64,000 bases of DNA from an uncultured Planctomycetota bacterium. GTDB taxonomy: Bacteria > Planctomycetota > Planctomycetia > Isosphaerales > Isosphaeraceae. Shown piece by piece: positions 58,538-64,000 of the stretch. The stretch spans positions 3,808,001 to 3,872,000 of the forward strand of contig CAVTTN010000002.1 in assembly GCA_963737655.1 (NCBI GenBank). The letters run 5' to 3'. Position 1 is the first letter of the stretch; each line of letters opens with the position of its first letter. The notes under the pieces were generated by a model that saw only the letters and a list, made by a program, of their open reading frames with translations, was not told where the DNA came from and made no database searches. Made by a program: the position numbers and the translations under genes.

Positions 58538-59386
58538 TCACGAAGGGCTCTGCCCCACGAGCACATAGCCCACCTTCCGCCAGATCAATTCGTACCGGCT
58601 GCCGGGCAAGACCCTCTGGCCGATGGCGGCGACGTCGAGGTCGCGATAACGCTCGACCATCTCGGTGAAATCGTCGCCCAGCTTCAGCAGCTTCGAGACG
58701 ATCCAGCGATCCACGCCAGGCAGGCCGATCTTGCGGAACAGCATGCGATCGGTCAGGTCCGGCACCTCATCGGCCACGACGATCGTGCCGCCGGGCCTGA
58801 CGGTCCGGGCCATCTCGCGGAGCGCCTTCTCGGGGTCATTGAAGTAATTGAACCCGCCGATGCTCAGGGCGCAGTCGAATGAGCGATCGGCGAACGGCAG
58901 ATCTTCGGCCTCTCCCTGGACGAGAGTGACATCTCGCCCCGTTTCCCGGACCCGCTTCATGCAGGCCGAGAGCTGGACCTCGGACACGTCCACGCCCGAG
59001 ATCGCCCAGTCCTTCGGGAGCCAGTCGAGATACACGCCGTCGCCGACGGCGACATCCAGGAGCCTCAAGCCCGGCCCCGTGGGGAGATGTCGGAGGATCT
59101 TGTCGCGAGACCTTCGCTCGCCGCCCAGGCTGACGAACGTGAACCACTCCCAGAACCGGAATTTCGGCCAGTCGGGGCCGTTGTAGAAGTCGGCGGCGAC
59201 CTTGTTATTGGCCGAGGTCTCCGGCCTGACGACGAACACGCCGTCGCGGACCGGATACGAGGCCCCGCACCCCGGACACGCGGGGATTCCGCCGGCCATC
59301 GCCGCCCCGCACGAGACGCACCGCCATGAGGGCGAGGTCATCGAGGGGGTTGATTCGGCAATCCTCTCGGGCGAGGTCGTGCTCAT
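58538..59386 (-). CDS. Class I SAM-dependent methyltransferase with N-terminal Zn-ribbon
   Basis: CVSC...CPGC, LLDVAVGDG, AEDLPFADRSFD, R..RPGG; ATGA overlap with the upstream paralog. Confidence 0.9.
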   Translation of the reverse strand: MSTTSPERIAESTPSMTSPSWRCVSCGAAMAGGIPACPGCGASYPVRDGVFVVRPETSANNKVAADFYNGPDWPKFRFWEWFTFVSLGGERRSRDKILRHLPTGPGLRLLDVAVGDGVYLDWLPKDWAISGVDVSEVQLSACMKRVRETGRDVTLVQGEAEDLPFADRSFDCALSIGGFNYFNDPEKALREMARTVRPGGTIVVADEVPDLTDRMLFRKIGLPGVDRWIVSKLLKLGDDFTEMVERYRDLDVAAIGQRVLPGSRYELIWRKVGYVLVGQSPS

Positions 59387-60210
59387 GGTCGCTCTCTCCT
59401 CGGGCCTTCGACCAGACAATAGCCGAGCCGCCTCCAGATCGGAAGCCGATCGGCCTCGGGCCAGGTCTCTCGGATCAACGCATCCAGGTCCAGCTCGGTC
59501 GAGAGGACCATAGAGACGAATTCGGGCGGCAAGCCGACGCGTCGCATCCACCAGGCATCATACGCCTTGAGGCCGATCAGATGGCCGAGACCGAACCGCT
59601 TCAGGTCCGACCTCTCGTCGGCGACCACGACCACGCCCCCGGGCCGGGTGACGCGTCTCATCTCGCGAACGGCCGCAGCCGGGTCTCGGAAATAATTGAA
59701 CCCGCCGACGGTGAAGCAGGCATCAAAGCTGGCATCCGGGAAGGGGATGGCCTCGGCCTCGGCGAGGACCAGCCGGCCCCTCGTCGTCGGAAAGCGGAGG
59801 GCGCAGGCTTCCAGAGGTCTTCGCGCCAGGTCGAGCCCGTAGATGGATCGATCCCCGGCGAGAAAGGCCAGATTTTCGCCGTCGCCGATCCCCACTTCCA
59901 GGACTCGCGAGGCGGCTTCGGGCAGATGCGCCAGGATCTCGCCGCGAGCCTTCTTCGGACCCCCGACGATCCGCAAGAACAGCCGTTCCCACGGCCGAAA
60001 ACGCGGCCAGGACGGGCCGTCGTAGAAGTCGGCCGCCACGCGATTCCGGCCCGTCAGGGGCCCGATGGCCTCGAGGATGCCATCAATCCAGGGATATTCG
60101 CGAGAACAACCCGGGCAACGAGCGCAACCGCCCAGCGCCGACCCGCAATCGAGGCAGGCGGCGAGATCACGGGCGGTCGGCGATTCGGGCTTCGAGTCGG
60201 TCACGTTCAT
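59383..60210 (-). CDS. Class I SAM-dependent methyltransferase with N-terminal Zn-ribbon (paralog)
   Basis: CLDC...CPGC, VLEVGIGDG, AEAIPFPDASFD, RVTRPGG. Confidence 0.9.
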   Translation of the reverse strand: MNVTDSKPESPTARDLAACLDCGSALGGCARCPGCSREYPWIDGILEAIGPLTGRNRVAADFYDGPSWPRFRPWERLFLRIVGGPKKARGEILAHLPEAASRVLEVGIGDGENLAFLAGDRSIYGLDLARRPLEACALRFPTTRGRLVLAEAEAIPFPDASFDACFTVGGFNYFRDPAAAVREMRRVTRPGGVVVVADERSDLKRFGLGHLIGLKAYDAWWMRRVGLPPEFVSMVLSTELDLDALIRETWPEADRLPIWRRLGYCLVEGPRRERP

Positions 60211-60219
60211 GAGTGGCGA

Positions 60220-60988
60220 TCAAAACTCCGTGGTCAGCCCGCGAGGGCCGGCATGGTCCATGATCCGGTCGAACAATCCGTCGGGCATGTGTCGCAAGAC
60301 GGCCATCCCGAGGGCGGTGTCCAGCGGGAAGACCAGATTGCGGGGTCGCGTCTCGACGGCCCGAACCAGGTATGGCGCCGCCTCTTCCGGCTCCATCATC
60401 TTCGGCGTCTTGCGGAATGGGGTATCGCGGGTGATCGCGGTGCGGACGAAGCCGGGGCAAACCGTGGTGATCGTCACGCCTCGGCGCTTGAGGGCGGGCC
60501 GGAGCCCTTCCAGGTAGGCGATCAACGCGGCCTTGCTCGCCGAATAGCCGGCCATCCACGGCATTCCGCGAAATCCCGCCACGCTCGCCACGCCGACGAG
60601 ATGTCCGCGTCCTCGCTCGATCATGCCCGGCAAGACGGCGTCGATCGCGTTCGCAACGCCCATCACGTTCACGGCGAGCATGGCGCGGAAGCCGTCCAGG
60701 TCCAGGTCGGGCACCGCGGTCAGACGGCCGAGGCCCGCGCAGCGCGACGAGCGCATCGAACGGTCCGACCTTCTCCTGAAGGTGGGCCACGGCCTCGCCG
60801 ACCTCCGAGCGATCCGTCACGTCCGCCGTGGCCGAACCGGCAGCCCAGGAGGCGGAGGAAAGTCCCTCAGCATCGCGATCGATCAGCCCCACACGATGGC
60901 CGCCTTCGGCCAGCGCCTTGGAAGTCGCCCGGCCGATGCCGTTGGCCGCCCCCGTGATCAGGACCGTTTGAGGCCGGGGACGTTTCAT
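60220..60988 (-). CDS. Short-chain dehydrogenase/reductase (frameshift near 60743)
   Basis: ITGAANGIG in one frame; CAG, VN..G, YSASK and PGFVRT in the next. Confidence 0.87.
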
Positions 60989-61830
60989 CGCGAGGCCCCC
61001 GCCATCGAGAAGCTCTGAAGGAAATCGACGACGGCCGAGACGAACGCCTCGCCATTCTCTTCCGGTGCGCGATGCTGGGCTCCGGCGATCAGGACGCTCC
61101 GGCAATCGGCAAGGTGCTCGACGAGATAGTCCGCCGTCGTGAGGAATGGCGAGTGCTCTCCGTAGAGGGCCAACGTCGGCTGACGGACGGCGAGGATCGT
61201 TTCGACCGTCAGGCCCGCCTCGGCCTTGGAGTCATCGCCACACGTCGTGTTGCCCAGGCGGAGCAGGCGATTCAGGCCCGGAAGGCCGACGGCGCGGCGG
61301 AACTTGCGGAGGCCCTCCTCGTCGAGGTGGAGCACCTGATCGAAAAACTTGCCGAGATCGTACCAGTACTCCTCGGAGAGCGTCACACCGGCGTCCTCGG
61401 CTTCCTTGCGGAAGTTCTGCCAGTGGCCCCAGCGGCTCAGGTGCTCCAGGTGCCGGAGCGCCGGGAAATACGGGTCCGAGAGCACGAGCGCCTCGACCCG
61501 ATCCGGTCGCAGGCTCGCGGCATGGAGCGCGATCACGGCGCCGAAGCTGTGGCCGACGAGCCGGGCCTTCTCGATTCCCAGCTCGTCCATCAGGGCGAAG
61601 AGGTCGGCGGAATGGTCGGCCGAGGTATAGCCCGATGGCGGAGCGTCGCTGTAACCGTGGCCGCGAAGGTCGAATGCGGTCACGCGATGCGTTTGCGAGA
61701 GCGCCTGGATCGCCCGACAGAGGAACCAGATCGAGAGGTCGCCGGTCACCCCGTGGATCAGGACGACGTCGGGACCGCCGCCCTGCTGCTGGACGTGGAA
61801 CTTCAGGTCGCGGGTCGTCACGAACGGCAT
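60985..61830 (-). CDS. Alpha/beta hydrolase (possible thioesterase/acyltransferase)
   Basis: LIHG, FDLRGHGYSD, nucleophile elbow GHSFG, and a late His (AQH). Confidence 0.9.
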   Translation of the reverse strand: MPFVTTRDLKFHVQQQGGGPDVVLIHGVTGDLSIWFLCRAIQALSQTHRVTAFDLRGHGYSDAPPSGYTSADHSADLFALMDELGIEKARLVGHSFGAVIALHAASLRPDRVEALVLSDPYFPALRHLEHLSRWGHWQNFRKEAEDAGVTLSEEYWYDLGKFFDQVLHLDEEGLRKFRRAVGLPGLNRLLRLGNTTCGDDSKAEAGLTVETILAVRQPTLALYGEHSPFLTTADYLVEHLADCRSVLIAGAQHRAPEENGEAFVSAVVDFLQSFSMAGASR

Positions 61831-61843
61831 CGGGGTCCTCGCA

Positions 61844-62116
61844 TCAGTCGATATGCTTCTGTAAGAAGGCGACCAGCTCGCCCAGGACCAGATCCCTCTC
61901 CTCGCGGCGGCCCAGCTCGGCCATCATCTCGCCGAACGGCAACGGCCGCCCGTAATGGGTCTGCAGGGCCTCGCCCAGAACCACGGCATCGATCGAGGCC
62001 AGCCCCAGGTCGGCGAAGAATCGCGTCTCCCGCGTGATGGGCGTGGAATCGTCGCGGCCGAGCGTTTCGCGGAGCACCAGGGCCACGTCATCGAGCACTT
62101 CGCGATCAGAACTCAT
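61844..62116 (-). CDS. Stand-alone acyl carrier protein
   Basis: 90 aa, acidic, with FFADLGLASIDAVVL around the Ppant serine; AGGAGG RBS. Confidence 0.88.
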   Translation of the reverse strand: MSSDREVLDDVALVLRETLGRDDSTPITRETRFFADLGLASIDAVVLGEALQTHYGRPLPFGEMMAELGRREERDLVLGELVAFLQKHID

Positions 62117-64000
62117 CGAAATCGGCCTCCTGACCGAGTGTCCACGCCCAGGCGAACCCGTTGCGCAGCCCCGTCACGGCGGACCACGTCCGGTCCTGGG
62201 AATCCGAACGGAGCCGGATGAACACCCGGCCGTCGGGTCGCTCGGCGATGGCCTCCGCGCGATCGAAATCCACCCCGGATGCATTCGCGACGGCCCGCCT
62301 CGCCGAGATCCGCCGGGCCTCCGAGCCCCTCGCGATCCTGCTTCGCGACGGTCGCGATTCCGACCCCGGGGCGAATCGCCAAATCGGTCGTCGCGAGGGC
62401 GAGTGCGACCATCCCCCGGCCGGATTCCGGCTGGGAAACGGCGATGGCCAGAGTCGAAGGCCCGATGGGCCTCGATCGATCGAGGCTCTTCACGATTGGG
62501 TGGCCGTCCGGTCCGTCCTCGACCGACAGGTCGGCCGGGAACCGAGCCTGATCCTCCGAGGCCAGGCGACGAACGGCCTCCTTCCCGGCGATCCGGCCGA
62601 GGAGGAACACGTTGCGAGCTGGTTCGGGGAGGCGGGTGCCCTGCCGTTTTTCGTCGGGGGACAGTTGGATCTGTTCGAGGACGTCCCGCCAGACGGGCCG
62701 CGTCATGTCGGCCGGCGGTTCGAGCCAGACCGCCACGGCGTCCATCAAGGTTCGGCCGTCGGGACCGTGGAGCGTCAGAGGCTCGCCGAGGAGTTCGCGA
62801 TCGGGCCGACGAAAGACGTCGCGATAGCGGCCTGGCCAGTGGAACCGCCAGTCTTCCCAGTCGTCGATAGCCATCCACAAGCTGCCATCGGGCCGGACGA
62901 GCTGCGCATCGACCCGGACCCGTTGCCTTTCCAGCAGGCGGATATTGATCCGACACGCCACGTCCGATCCTGACGGCGGCGATTCGCCGAAGACCCTCCA
63001 CTCGCCCATCCGGAGCGGGAAGATCACGTCGCCTTCCTTCAATCGATCGAGGCCCCAGCATCCGAGCAGATGGGTGAAATTGTCGATGGCGATGGGGTCC
63101 GTGAGCAATCCGTCGGCCTCCGCCTCGTCGCGGAGGAGACCGCCCAGAGGAAGGATGCGAATCGTCCCCTCGACGGCCGAATCCGACATCACGCCCACTC
63201 GCACCAGGGCCTGCAGCGCAGGCCCGTGGAACAACCACCCTTCGCCGTAGAGGCTCGTCGCGGTAAATTTCGAGTCCTCCGGGCTCGGGACCCAGAAGGC
63301 CGGGGCGACCGGCGGTTCGGGCCGGGATGCATCGAAAACCGCCAGCCCCTCGACCACCGCCGTCTCGGCCGATTTCATGGCTTCCACGGGGCCGCGATTG
63401 AACATAGAAACGCGGATTTCGCCCGAGGAGACGGCCTCGGCGACGAGTTCCAGGACGATCGGTTCGTCCTCGTATCGGACCCATCGATTGGCGCGGACGT
63501 CCCGGAGGCCCGTGAGGACCAGTCCCGGCGCCAGCCGCGAGGCGGCCTCGGCGAGCATCTCGGCCATCACGCTGAATGGCAGGACCGGCAGCCCAAGCCG
63601 ATCGGGGTCGACGGCCGAGACCCGCCGCCCTCCCAGAGTATGATGGGCCGCCACCGGGTCGCCGTCGGCATCCAGGAGCAGGCGAGAAACGGCCCGACGG
63701 CCCGGCACAAATTCCAGGAGCTCGCCGGCCCACGGGCCGGCCCGGCGATCGCTGATCCCTTCGAACGCGCCCGAGGCGGGAGAAAGGTACGCCGCCATGA
63801 CCTCGCCCTGGGTGACGAGGAACTCGTCCATCGTGCGGAAATACTCGAGCATCGCCGGATCGGCAAGCGGTTCTCGATCAGGCCCGACCGGGAACGGGAG
63901 ATCGAAGCCCGATTCCCCGAGCGTTTCGAGGCCATCCAATCGGTCCGAGAGCGCCTCGGGGAACAGGGGACGGGCCGCTTCGGCGGCCCACGGATCGAGC
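62106..64000 (-). CDS. C-terminal part of a type I PKS-like protein: dehydratase + degenerate PPTase-like domain (5' end outside window; probable frameshift near 62325)
   Basis: Frame is open to the window edge. DH motifs HHTLGG...LPVLP, LFHGP..Q and DP..ID; PPTase-like LSPDE...LLGRIAGKEAVR...G.P. The shifted frame gives a more plausible end (...TGLRNGFAWAWTLGQEADFDEF*). Confidence 0.82.

Overview
High-GC bacterial chromosomal window, almost certainly from a planctomycete (Isosphaeraceae-like, by inference). The planctomycete hallmarks are four exported proteins with the N-terminal L-E-x-R-x-L-L motif, a DUF1559/H-X9-DG protein, a YTV-repeat envelope protein and a TPR-bearing Ser/Thr kinase. 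Housekeeping genes (groEL, rnr, yhaM-like, proS, rsgA, thrC, trmL) are interleaved with many lineage-specific exported proteins. Most notable: (1) the 3' end of a type I PKS operon at the right edge (DH plus degenerate PPTase-like domain, ACP, hydrolase, SDR, two paralogous methyltransferases, MacB/LolCDE-type ABC exporter); (2) a complete 1901-bp DDE insertion sequence with 14-bp terminal inverted repeats, a 6-bp target duplication and a divergent passenger ORF; (3) a Cys-rich YTV protein whose two repeat arrays mirror each other, suggesting one giant beta-hairpin; (4) a GTAG-type REP doublet; (5) a MoxR-like AAA+ ATPase with an uncharacterised partner; (6) several probable pseudo-enzymes. 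About ten single-base frameshifts, mostly in short G/C runs, suggest read or assembly errors rather than real pseudogenes. I found no rRNA, tRNA or CRISPR array by eye. All product calls come from motif recognition only; no searches were run.
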